A DNA stretch of 51,468 nt. Source: Pseudomonadota bacterium (lineage in GTDB: Bacteria > Pseudomonadota > Gammaproteobacteria > Steroidobacterales > Steroidobacteraceae). Shown in pieces: positions 1 through 8,311 of this stretch (position 1 is the stretch's first letter; every line of letters begins with the position of its first letter). The stretch covers positions 1 through 51,468 of the forward strand of contig JAJZZR010000254.1 in NCBI GenBank assembly GCA_021797465.1, read 5' to 3'. A model generated the notes under the pieces. That model saw nothing but the letters and a program-made list of their open reading frames with translations. It did not search any database and had not been told where the DNA came from. Position numbers and translations under genes: made by a program.

Positions 1-68
1 GACTACGCATGTAGAACTGACTGGCCGAGGATTTGCGGACGCGGGTTCGATTCCCGCCGTCTCCACCA
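1..68 (+). ncRNA. ssrA: tmRNA (ssrA), 3' portion only; the gene starts upstream of the window
   Basis: Ends GGACGCGGGTTCGATTCCCGCCGTCTCCACCA at 68 (tRNA-like T-arm/acceptor with CCA). It is preceded by GCATGTAGAACTGAC...GAGGATTTGC, resembling the 3' region of proteobacterial tmRNA, and is followed by a terminator. Confidence 0.85.
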
Positions 69-73
69 ATAAC

Positions 74-106
74 AAAACCCCAACCGTTCTCGGTTGGGGT
101 TTTTTC
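74..106 (+). terminator. Rho-independent terminator of ssrA
   Basis: AAAACCCCAACCG (74-86), loop TTCT, CGGTTGGGGTTTT (91-103), running into a T-tract. Confidence 0.85.
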
Positions 107-351
107 TTGCCCGATCGCGCCGGTTCCCGCGTACTCGTGCGGGTTCCTGCGAACGCCTGCGGACTTCGGCAGCCGCCCGAATTGGCCGTTCCGGGCCACA
201 TTTCACTCTCTCCTTGCCATTCCTCGCTCCGACCTCGCTCTCTGAAACTGGCCCGTAGTCCGCAAAGGCCGCATGCCCACCCTATACAGATCAAATGGTT
301 ACGCGCGGACGAATCAAGCGGTTGGATTGCGGCATTGGGTAGCAAAGAAAA

Positions 352-558
352 TCAGGGCTGTTGCGCACTCGGTACCGGTAAAGGCTTGCGCTCCCACGTA
401 GAGCGACAGAGCGGTTTCCAGCGCATCCACCGCACACAGAGCAGGGCCTCATCTCCATCCTCGCCCTGAGTAATGGCTTCCGGCACGTCTGAGAAGGTCA
501 CCACAAAGCCACCTTCCTGCTGCGACTCCAATACTGCCGGAAAGTCGAAATCGCCCAC
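352..558 (-). CDS. hicB: HicB-like antitoxin (68 aa), central segment apparently frame-scrambled
   Basis: GTG at 558 is preceded by AAGGAG. N-terminal FPAVLESQQEGGFVVTFSDVPEAITQGEDGDEALL and C-terminal ERKPLPVPS fit the HicB N-domain pattern. No hicA is seen nearby. Confidence 0.6.
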   Translation of the reverse strand: MGDFDFPAVLESQQEGGFVVTFSDVPEAITQGEDGDEALLCVRWMRWKPLCRSTWERKPLPVPSAQQP

Positions 559-611
559 GATCACTCCTTTATCCCAAGCTGTTTCCTGGCAGAAGACAGT
601 AATGGCGTGAG

Positions 612-1448
612 TCAGTTCGATCCGCTTGCTGGATGCCGCCGTGTAAGCGTGCGCGCGCCGAACACTGCGACCGCGAAAGCCGCGACGCCCACCGTGAGCG
701 CAGCCGTGAGCCATGGATCGTAGCCCGACCCCTGGTTCGGGAAGAGTTGCCAGGCCGTGTTGTAAGCCGCATGTCCGACGATAGCGGCGAAAAGGCTTCC
801 ACCACTCGCGTCGTAGAGCCACACGAGCACGACACGGAACACGACGGTGAAGAACACCTGGCCGAGAATCCACGACGCGTCCCGTCCGGCCTGCAGGTAG
901 GGTCCAACGTGTAGGAGCGCCCAAAGCACTCCGATGATGAGCGCCGCCCCTAGCGCGGTGTAGACCTCCTGGAGCGGCTCGAGCAACGTTGCGGACCACG
1001 CGAGTTCCTCGCTCGCGGCGGCGATGAAGAAAAGCGCGAAGAGCAGCGGCGTTTGCCACCATGCCACGTGCGGACTCGGGAGCGGCATGCCGAGGATGCG
1101 CATCAGGACATACTCGACTGCGAGCACGAGGGGCATGAGAAGCGCACTAGCGACGAGCCAGGTGCGCGGCTGTAACCGCCGCCAGTCGCCCACCCGCGCG
1201 AGCAACCCGCGGACGCTCGCCCAGCCGCCCGTCCGATAGGCCGCCCACATCGCGACGAGAGCAATGCAAAGGAACATCAGAGCGCTCAGCGGTACACCTG
1301 GCAGCAGGCGTGCACTGGAGAGTTCGCCTAGCACCAGCAGGGGAACGGAGAGCAGGAAGATCGCAAGGATGACGATCCAAGGTCGCGGAGCAACTCGATG
1401 TTCCAAGGCGAACCCCTTTGCAACACATCTGCAGGAGATAGGCGGCAT
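612..1448 (-). CDS. CPBP (CAAX-type) family intramembrane protease
   Basis: Multi-TM 278-aa ORF with SEELAW, WALLHV and HAAYN motifs in the order expected for CPBP/Abi-type glutamic proteases. Start uncertain. Confidence 0.7.
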   Translation of the reverse strand: MPPISCRCVAKGFALEHRVAPRPWIVILAIFLLSVPLLVLGELSSARLLPGVPLSALMFLCIALVAMWAAYRTGGWASVRGLLARVGDWRRLQPRTWLVASALLMPLVLAVEYVLMRILGMPLPSPHVAWWQTPLLFALFFIAAASEELAWSATLLEPLQEVYTALGAALIIGVLWALLHVGPYLQAGRDASWILGQVFFTVVFRVVLVWLYDASGGSLFAAIVGHAAYNTAWQLFPNQGSGYDPWLTAALTVGVAAFAVAVFGARTLTRRHPASGSN

Positions 1449-1625
1449 GGTTTACCAGTACGGGAGCGGACGACCCACACCACGATCCGGTTGAAGATTG
1501 CAATCGCCTCGCCGGCGGTCACGTCCTGCCAGACAGTGTGCCTTGCTCCGTTTCGGAGAGGCGGCAACTGACACCGGGGGTGTACGCATCCAGATATTCC
1601 CTAAAGAGCACATGGATACAGCTAA

Positions 1626-2732
1626 TTAAGGCCGTCGCGTTTCGAAAAGCACTTCAGGGTATTGTTGTGCGGGCCCATTAAGCAGCACCTCCGGTCGGCC
1701 CTTCAGGTGCCGGTCGAAGAACGCCAGCGAGTAGGCACTGGTGATGCCTTGCGCCCGCCGTCCATCGATCGGCCCGGTGACACCCAGCCAGGAGGTGAGC
1801 GGGGAGATGAAGGAGGCGTCGGAGAAGTCTTGGTGGAACATCCCAGGCACCTGCACGAAGTAGCCATCTCCTGGCAGGCTCTCGAACACTGCCCGCATGG
1901 TGGTCAGAGTTTCGTCGATGTCTGCCTGTGCCCATCCCTCGAGCTGCATTGTCTTGGCATCACGGGTGAGCCACATGGTCGGCCGCCTTAGGCCTGCCCG
2001 GACCACGTCCGCGGGCATCCAGACATCCATCACCAGGCAGGCCCGAAAACGCGGCTCCAACAGGCAGGCTTCGGCACTGACTTCGCCGCCCAGTGATAGC
2101 CCGAAGATGCCGGCACGCTGCAGGTCCAGCCGCCCAGTCAAGATGCCCTTCGGGTCAGACTGGTTCAAGGCGCCGAGTTGATTCAGCGTGAAGATGGCAT
2201 CTTGCGCGAGATACGGAATCTTGCCGTCCACGAATGTGCGGTCGAGCATGCGCGTATCGAAAGTCGCCGTGCGCCCGTCCGGGAAGGCCACCCCACTGGC
2301 GGCGTACGGGTGATCGATGGCTGCGACGATGTAGCCGTGCGACACAAGCTCCTCAACGAGCCGGGTATTCTCCTGGCGAAAGCCGCTGCGCCCGTGCGAA
2401 CAAATCAGCACGGGGAAGCTGGACTCGCCATGCGCCACGGGCGCGGATTCGATGGCGTTGGTGGTGATGTATTTCAAGGGCCTGAAGATGAACGCCGGCC
2501 AATGCAGCAGTCGAGCCAACGGCGCAAGAGCGCCGGGATTCGGCACGTAGGGAGCACGCGGCGATGACGGGTCTACCTTGGCTGGATACCAGATCTGCAC
2601 CATCAGCTCGCGACGGTCATTCGGATCGGCGGTGAAGGCCTCCGGGCGACCCGGGTCCACCCAGTGATAGGTCAGCGTGCCGATCCCATAGGGTCCGCTC
2701 GGCTTCGGGAAGCGAAACACGGGGAAAATCAT
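1626..2732 (-). CDS. alpha/beta hydrolase (PAF-acetylhydrolase / dienelactone-hydrolase-like)
   Basis: GLSLGG nucleophile elbow, SHGRSG, HQDFSD. ATG at 2732 (MIFPVFRF...) is preferred over the TTG at 2840 given by the ORF track. Confidence 0.75.
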   Translation of the reverse strand: MIFPVFRFPKPSGPYGIGTLTYHWVDPGRPEAFTADPNDRRELMVQIWYPAKVDPSSPRAPYVPNPGALAPLARLLHWPAFIFRPLKYITTNAIESAPVAHGESSFPVLICSHGRSGFRQENTRLVEELVSHGYIVAAIDHPYAASGVAFPDGRTATFDTRMLDRTFVDGKIPYLAQDAIFTLNQLGALNQSDPKGILTGRLDLQRAGIFGLSLGGEVSAEACLLEPRFRACLVMDVWMPADVVRAGLRRPTMWLTRDAKTMQLEGWAQADIDETLTTMRAVFESLPGDGYFVQVPGMFHQDFSDASFISPLTSWLGVTGPIDGRRAQGITSAYSLAFFDRHLKGRPEVLLNGPAQQYPEVLFETRRP

Positions 2733-2836
2733 CCGTCTAGCCCATCCGCCAGTGCGATGTTCTGCAGCGGCCGACGGCCACGTTGTGCCGTGTACCGACT
2801 CCCGGCCTCGGCACGGTCTCATTTCTGGAGGCGGTT

Positions 2837-3000
2837 TCAAATTTGAAGTGCAACACCACTGTTTAACTGCCTGATTTGTTGCGCCATTACTTCGGCTGGC
2901 GTCCGGAATCCCAAGGATTTCCCTGGGCGATCATTGAGCTCTTCCGCCACCTGCGTCAAGTGCCGCTGAGAATATCCCGGCTTTTTTAACCGGCGCGCGA
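2837..3000 (-). pseudogene. IS30-family transposase, C-terminal fragment only
   Basis: The minus-strand frame reads ...RRFARRLKKPGYSQRHLTQVAEELNDRPGKSLGFRTPAEVMAQQIRQL*, matching the conserved LNxRPRKxLGxxTPxE tail of IS30 transposases. No catalytic N-terminal part or inverted repeats are present. Upstream limit is approximate. Confidence 0.6.
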
Positions 3001-3018
3001 ATCTGCGTAGCGACCGGT

Positions 3019-3447
3019 CTACACGAGCCGGCTCCGCTGCTCATCCCACAGCGCCGGCGGGTCGACCGCCAAATCGAACAGCGTGATGTAGTTCGGCAGC
3101 GTATCGTCCAGGATCGCGGCCACGATGTCCGGCGCAAGCGTGGTCAGGTTGACCATCCGGCTGACGTAGCTGTTGTCGATCCCCTCCCGCACGGCGATCT
3201 CCTTCAGGGACTTCGCTTCCCCCGATTCCAACATGGCCAACCAGCGGTGCCCTCTGGCCAGAGCCATCTGCAGCGGCGTCGGTGCCACGTCCCAAGGTCT
3301 GGCCGGACTGGTCTCGCCGTTTGGCAGGGTGACCAGCTTGCGGCCGCTGCGGCGTTTGATCTGGATCGGCACCGACAGGGTCAGCCTGCCATCACTCGTC
3401 TGGAGGATGTCCGGCTCGCCGGTCCTCTGGATACGGATGTCGCTCAT
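3019..3447 (-). CDS. HTH DNA-binding accessory protein of the recombinase module
   Basis: ATG at 3447 overlaps the recombinase stop (ATGA). C-terminal KSLKEIAVREGIDNSYVSRMVNLTTLAPDIVAAILDD is HTH-like. It is the last gene of the recombinase operon. Confidence 0.7.
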   Translation of the reverse strand: MSDIRIQRTGEPDILQTSDGRLTLSVPIQIKRRSGRKLVTLPNGETSPARPWDVAPTPLQMALARGHRWLAMLESGEAKSLKEIAVREGIDNSYVSRMVNLTTLAPDIVAAILDDTLPNYITLFDLAVDPPALWDEQRSRLV

Positions 3448-4802
3448 GCCAGCGCCTCCTCTTGTTGTTCGACGGGCTCGGGACGCAGCTCCAGCACCAG
3501 ACGCTCGATGCCGCAGGCAGCGAGCCGCACTTCGAGGTCGTTGGGCGACACGATGACTTTCTCGACCAGCAATTTCACGATCCGGGTCTGCTCGGCCGGG
3601 AACAGTTGATCCCAAATCGCGTCGAGCCGGGTCATGGCCACGGTGATCCTGGCCTCGTCCAGGGTCGGGTCGAGCTTGATCGCCTGCGGGAGCATCTCAC
3701 CCAGGAGATTCGGGGCGCGCAGGATCGCGCGCAACTGGTCGAGCACCGCCGACTCGAGTTCTGCGGCAGGCAGGCGCGGCAGGCCCGAGGCGCCCGCGTG
3801 TTCCTTGGCATCGCGCTGTGGCACGTAGTATCGGTAGCGGCGCCCGTTCTTCTTGGTGGTGTGCCACGGCGACAGGGCGCGGCCATCGTTGCCAAACACG
3901 ATGCCCTTGAGCAGATACGCCACGGTCGCCCGCGTCGCGTTGCCGCGTACCCGACCATTGGTAGCCAGGATCGCGTGGACGCTGTCCCACAGTGCGCGGC
4001 TGATGATGGGCGGGTGCTCGGCTTGGTACCACTGATCCTTGTGGCGCAACTCACCGAGGTAGGTCCGGTTGCCGAGCAGCTTGTAGATCAGACCCTTGTC
4101 GATCGGTCTGCCGTCGCGGGTCTTGCCGTCTTGCGTGGTCCACGCCTTCGACGTCACGCCGTCCAGCTTCAGTTCCTTGACCAGCGCGGTGCTGGAGCCG
4201 AGCTCGACGAAGCGCTGGAAGATGTGCCGGATCAGTTTGGCCTCGCGTTCGTTGGGCACCAACCGGCGGTTCTCGACGTCGTAGCCGAGCGGTGGCACGC
4301 CGCCCATCCACATGCCCTTGCGCTTGCTGGCCGCGATCTTGTCGCGGATGCGCTCGCCGGTGACCTCGCGTTCGAACTGGGCGAAGGACAGCAGGATGTT
4401 CAGCATCAAGCGGCCCATCGAGGTCGTCGTGTTGAACTGCTGGGTGACCGACACGAAGGACACGCCGTAGCGCTCGAACACCTCGACCATCTTGGAGAAG
4501 TCCGCGAGGCTGCGCGTCAGGCGGTCGATCTTGTAGATCACGACCACATCGATCTTGCCGGCCTCGATGTCCGCCATCATGCGTCGCAGCGCCGGGCGTT
4601 CCATGTTGCCGCCGGAGAACGCGGGATCGTCGTAGTCGTCGGCGACCGGAATCCAGCCCTCGGCGCGCTGACTGGCGATGTAGGCATGACCGGCATCGCG
4701 CTGGGCATCGATCGAGTTGTATTCCTGATCCAAGCCCTCGTCGGTGGACTTGCGCGTGTAGACCGCGCAGCGCATGCGGCGCTTCAGGACTTCGCTCATC
4801 AC
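3444..4802 (-). CDS. Large serine recombinase (phage integrase)
   Basis: RCAVYTRKSTDEG catalytic-serine motif, a resolvase/invertase N-domain (IYKIDRLTRS, MGRLMLNILLSFAQFERE) and a recombinase domain; 452 aa. Confidence 0.92.
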   Translation of the reverse strand: MMSEVLKRRMRCAVYTRKSTDEGLDQEYNSIDAQRDAGHAYIASQRAEGWIPVADDYDDPAFSGGNMERPALRRMMADIEAGKIDVVVIYKIDRLTRSLADFSKMVEVFERYGVSFVSVTQQFNTTTSMGRLMLNILLSFAQFEREVTGERIRDKIAASKRKGMWMGGVPPLGYDVENRRLVPNEREAKLIRHIFQRFVELGSSTALVKELKLDGVTSKAWTTQDGKTRDGRPIDKGLIYKLLGNRTYLGELRHKDQWYQAEHPPIISRALWDSVHAILATNGRVRGNATRATVAYLLKGIVFGNDGRALSPWHTTKKNGRRYRYYVPQRDAKEHAGASGLPRLPAAELESAVLDQLRAILRAPNLLGEMLPQAIKLDPTLDEARITVAMTRLDAIWDQLFPAEQTRIVKLLVEKVIVSPNDLEVRLAACGIERLVLELRPEPVEQQEEALA

Positions 4803-5305
4803 CGACCTCTCTTCCTGGTGGAGGGCTTGGTCTTGGCGTTGGCGGGCGGCCTGAGCCCGAAGAACAGCGGCCCCGACCAGCGCATGCCGGTGATCTCGCG
4901 GGCGATCATCGAGAGGCTCGGGAACATCCGGCCCTGAAAGTCGTACTGGCCGTCGGCGGTCACGATCACGCGGTACTCGGCACCTTTGTATTCCCGGATC
5001 AGCACCGTGCCGGCGGCCGGACGGTAATCGCGGTCGCGCTTCTTGACCTTGCCGGTATCAACCAGAGATTCGATGCGACGCTGGTTGCGATCCAGCAGGT
5101 TGGGATCGACCTTGCGGAATTCGACCTCCTGCAGCCGGTATGCGATCCGGCGTTCCAGGAACTGGCGGTTGTGCGTGGGCGTGTCGCCGCCGACCAGTTT
5201 CTGCCAGAGCGCCCGGATCTCTGCCATCGGCAGCTCGGGCAACCTGGCGATCTGGGCCGCCACCGATGGCGGCGTTGAGAATGATTGTTTTGGCGTGCTC
5301 ATCAT
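4799..5305 (-). CDS. DUF2924-like protein, usual partner of large serine recombinases
   Basis: 168 aa, LPELPMAEIRALWQKL...NRQFLERRIAYRLQE. ATGA overlap with the recombinase start. Confidence 0.8.
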   Translation of the reverse strand: MMSTPKQSFSTPPSVAAQIARLPELPMAEIRALWQKLVGGDTPTHNRQFLERRIAYRLQEVEFRKVDPNLLDRNQRRIESLVDTGKVKKRDRDYRPAAGTVLIREYKGAEYRVIVTADGQYDFQGRMFPSLSMIAREITGMRWSGPLFFGLRPPANAKTKPSTRKRGR

Positions 5306-5517
5306 GACTCCGTATTGGTCTTGTTGACGGGGTCTGAATGAACGCGCTGGTTGCCGGAAAAGCCAAGCTCAAACTCGCTCTCTGCGGCCATGTTCGCGGA
5401 CTGCGCAATACCGCTTCTGCGCAGGCGTGCCAGGCCATTGGCCAGCAACGACGCGATCTCGTGGCGACGCTGCTCCGGCGTCATCCGCTCAGGGTGTAGA
5501 TGGTTGATTTGATGCAT
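5302..5517 (-). CDS. Small hypothetical protein (71 aa); coding status uncertain
   Basis: An ORF with a GGAGAGG upstream, but its 3' third coincides with a promoter/operator cassette that recurs three times elsewhere in non-coding context. Confidence 0.4.
   Translation of the reverse strand: MHQINHLHPERMTPEQRRHEIASLLANGLARLRRSGIAQSANMAAESEFELGFSGNQRVHSDPVNKTNTES
5306..5368 (-). promoter_or_regulatory. Promoter/operator/5'UTR cassette, copy A (in front of the DUF2924-integrase operon)
   Basis: Minus strand: GCTTGGCT-tttccggc-AACCAGCGCGTTCAT-tcagacccc-GTCAAC-...-ACGGAG-ATG. Same layout as copies B-D. Confidence 0.55.
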
Positions 5518-5652
5518 CGGTAGCGGTCCTCTCCGTCAAACTCACATGTTGTGAAATTGTCCGGATGGACCGCCGCCGACACCATGAGGGAGTTTCGAAG
5601 GCGTTCGGGCGGGTGCTGGCTGTTGCGGGCTATTGCAAAAAGCGGGTCCCGG

Positions 5653-6867
5653 TCAGATCGATAAATGACGGGCCAGGATCGTCCTCATGAGCTGGTTTCC
5701 GGGCTGAACGCCGCCGATCATCTCCCGGATCTGCTCGTTGACGCGCTGGGTAGAAGCGCCTGCGCCGGGAGCCGCCTGCATCACCGCCGAATACGCATCG
5801 AGTACATCGCCCCCGGTGATTTCGTATCCATATCCGAGCGAAATCCAGCGCAGTGAAGCAAGGCCTGCAGCGACAGCGAACTCAGGCTGACTCTCGGCAA
5901 AATCCCTGGCCGCGCGAGCCAACGTGCGTGGGTTGGTCGGGCTGTTAGTGACCAACTCGATGGCAACGTTGAACAGGCCGGCATCCTTTGCGGCGGCGAA
6001 CCACTTGCCTTCAGCGCCTGGCGTGCTGGCAACAAGGTCGCGCAGGATCTGTTCCGGCGACATGTTTGGATATTTTTTGGCGATGGCCCGGAAGGTCGCG
6101 AGGTTGGTCGTGCCTTGATTGGCTTCGATCGCATAGCGCTGGTATGCATCCTCTGCCATGCCGGATGACAGCAGGATGGCTTCGCAGGCCTCGGCGATCT
6201 GCCAGCCAGGGTCGTTCAGACCGCGCGATTGCTCGGCATATCGAACCGCCTCAGCTTTCTTTCCCATCGCTGCCAGTGCTTTGACGCCCCACTGGCGATC
6301 GTGCCACCACTTGAATGGCGCTCGGTCCAGCAGCGCGAGCAGTTGCTCATGGCGGCCAGCAGCGTAGAGCGAGGCAAGGCATGCGCTCGTTCCTTTGAAG
6401 AAACCGTGACCTGACGACAGGGGATTCCAAACGTGTTCGACGAGAGGCAAAAATCCATCGGCCCACTTGAGCGCGATCTCCGGGGTGACGCACAGTTCGC
6501 CCCAGTGCTCCCCGAGGGATTCGATGTAGGGCATCTCGTCATCTTGCAAGGCCTGCCACAGCCGTTCTAGCCAACGATGTCGAACGCGCGGCTCGATATC
6601 AGGCTTGGCAATGATCGGCACCAAGGTCTCGATGGCCGTGTTGACCGCCGAGCCCAGGGCACCCGACGAGCTGTCGACCTGCTCCAGCGCTGGCGAGAGC
6701 TTCTCCAGCAGGGTCACGGCACCCTCGGCCGCGAGCAGCGGCGCCTTGCGCGCGACCTGCTTGATTTCCGCGAGGGCTTCCTTGATACGCTGAATCGGCG
6801 TGTCGGATCGCCAGCCGAAGGCGTGACGGCGGAAGCGGGAACTGAATTGCCATTTGTGCGCGCTCAC
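5653..6867 (-). CDS. Hypothetical 404-aa helical protein, third gene of the XRE-ImmA operon
   Basis: GTG at 6867 with GAGGAA 6 nt upstream, 17 nt after the ImmA stop. Alpha-helical-looking sequence with no catalytic motif recognised. Confidence 0.7.
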   Translation of the reverse strand: MSAHKWQFSSRFRRHAFGWRSDTPIQRIKEALAEIKQVARKAPLLAAEGAVTLLEKLSPALEQVDSSSGALGSAVNTAIETLVPIIAKPDIEPRVRHRWLERLWQALQDDEMPYIESLGEHWGELCVTPEIALKWADGFLPLVEHVWNPLSSGHGFFKGTSACLASLYAAGRHEQLLALLDRAPFKWWHDRQWGVKALAAMGKKAEAVRYAEQSRGLNDPGWQIAEACEAILLSSGMAEDAYQRYAIEANQGTTNLATFRAIAKKYPNMSPEQILRDLVASTPGAEGKWFAAAKDAGLFNVAIELVTNSPTNPRTLARAARDFAESQPEFAVAAGLASLRWISLGYGYEITGGDVLDAYSAVMQAAPGAGASTQRVNEQIREMIGGVQPGNQLMRTILARHLSI

Positions 6868-6884
6868 GATTGATTCCTCATGAT

Positions 6885-7799
6885 CTATCGCACAGGGTAT
6901 TGGCCGTTGCGGATGAATCGATCAAAGGTGTCCTCCTCAGCCTCTTCATCATCATGCTGAGGCCGTTGCCATTCAGCGTCGGGCATCAACAACAGCGTCA
7001 GTGTGTAGTCGTACTGACCGGCGACCCGGGTCATTTCGGTGACGGGCATGCTAGCGGGTTCGCGCGGAAACCAGTCCTGTGCTCGGCCCGTCTGTTGATC
7101 GCCTGCGTCCCAGCCGTTGTAGCTGTGAGCCAGCGCCTGGCGAGGCAACTCGATGGTGTTCTTGCGGGTGGCAAAGTAGGCGCCGGACCGAAGCGCAGCC
7201 TTGTTCGACTTGGCCCAGAGCATGTGATCGTCGCGGCTGGCCACCAACACTACGCGCTTCGGAGCGATTTCGGTCCAGCGCAAGGCGGCCGCTGTCAGCG
7301 AGACACCATAGCGGTCGCCGCAGTGCCCCAGCAGATCGAAGCTGATCGGCTGTCCATCAACCTGGCGCCGGAAGTCATCCAGCGGCATCAACAGGGTCGA
7401 GGCGAACGAGTCGGCTTCGACCTCGATGTCGCGCTCATTGTTGTCCCCGGTTTCGATGTCGTCGCCACCGCACTCGAAGCGATCCTGTTGGTGGCGATGC
7501 AAGAGGTAGTGTCCAAACTCGTGCGCAATGGTGAAACGCTTCCGACCTTCCGAGGCCGTTGCACCGTTGTAGAGGATCAGCCATTTCGAGCGCGACTTGT
7601 TGGCCGCCAACATGCCATCGAAACCGTCCAGGCCTTCTCCCTGAACCTTGTCGATCGGCGAGGCGGCAAAACACTGACGTGAATACTCCAGCGCCAGTTC
7701 ATCGACCTTGACTGGAAACCGCTCCGCGCCGAGGACCGCATTGAGCATGGACGAGATGCGGTTGGCCTCCGCCATGGGCTTTTTTTCTCGGTCATTCAT
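6885..7799 (-). CDS. ImmA/IrrE-family zinc metallopeptidase with extra C-terminal domain
   Basis: HEFGHYLLH (HEXXH) and EVEADSFASTLLMP. Overlaps the XRE stop by 8 nt. Confidence 0.85.
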   Translation of the reverse strand: MNDREKKPMAEANRISSMLNAVLGAERFPVKVDELALEYSRQCFAASPIDKVQGEGLDGFDGMLAANKSRSKWLILYNGATASEGRKRFTIAHEFGHYLLHRHQQDRFECGGDDIETGDNNERDIEVEADSFASTLLMPLDDFRRQVDGQPISFDLLGHCGDRYGVSLTAAALRWTEIAPKRVVLVASRDDHMLWAKSNKAALRSGAYFATRKNTIELPRQALAHSYNGWDAGDQQTGRAQDWFPREPASMPVTEMTRVAGQYDYTLTLLLMPDAEWQRPQHDDEEAEEDTFDRFIRNGQYPVR

Positions 7800-8112
7800 C
7801 TTCCCACGCGTCGAGGATTTTGCGGATCTTCTTCTTGTCCATCTCGGACATGCTCTTGTACTTGCGGAAGAATGCTTCGTCGACCACTTCCTCGTCCGGC
7901 GTCGTGGCGGATTCGGTCAACAAGAACTCGGCCGTCACCTCGAGTACGGCGGCAATCTTGGCTATCTTCTCCGCCGACGGCTTCGGCTCGTCTTTGTTCT
8001 CCAGCTCCCAGATGTAGCTCTTGCTGGAGTCGGTGAGCTCGGCCAGCTGCTCGAGGCTGAGCTTCTTTTGCTTCCGCAGTGCGCGGATCTTGTCACCCAA
8101 TGGGGATGGCAC
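7792..8112 (-). CDS. XRE-family HTH repressor (prophage immunity repressor candidate)
   Basis: IRALRKQKKLSLEQLAELTDSSKSYIWELEN HTH_3 pattern. GTG at 8112 with AGGAGA 5 nt upstream. Confidence 0.9.
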   Translation of the reverse strand: MPSPLGDKIRALRKQKKLSLEQLAELTDSSKSYIWELENKDEPKPSAEKIAKIAAVLEVTAEFLLTESATTPDEEVVDEAFFRKYKSMSEMDKKKIRKILDAWEDE

Positions 8113-8128
8113 TGCTATCTCCTAATTG

Positions 8129-8234
8129 TTCCGATTCACTCGGAAGATGATACCACCATACCGAACGAAATCGTACCTGCTTGACAAACCCCTATCCGGC
8201 CGGAAATAATCTGCATCGTTCGGTGCGCCGAACG
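8129..8234. promoter_or_regulatory. Divergent switch region: rightward promoter plus operator repeats
   Basis: TTGACA (8181-8186), 18 nt, AATAAT (8205-8210). Palindrome CGTTCGG-TGCG-CCGAACG at 8217-8234, an extra CCGAACG at 8161-8167, and a second inverted repeat TTCCGA-TTCAC-TCGGAA at 8129-8145 in the XRE leader. Confidence 0.55.
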
Positions 8235-8311
8235 TAATCGGTCTGAAATCCCCAACAAGAAGACGGGGGCCTGGGCTGGTGCCAACCCGATCAACACCTT
8301 GCGAAGGGGGA

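Noticed and set aside
1-110. tmRNA 3' end as the prophage attachment site
   Set aside because: There is no tyrosine integrase adjacent and I saw no direct repeat of the tmRNA 3' end elsewhere in the window. The phage integrase is a serine recombinase 3 kb away. A whole-window repeat search would be needed to be certain.
107-351. Possible gene or hicA partner between the tmRNA terminator and hicB
   Set aside because: Only short or tmRNA-overlapping ORFs are present. There is no HicA-like peptide in any frame.
3462-4937. 491-aa plus-strand ORF
   Set aside because: It lies entirely antisense to the serine recombinase and DUF2924 genes, which have clear motifs. It has a typical high-GC shadow ORF composition (Arg/Ala/Gly/Leu-rich, no motif).
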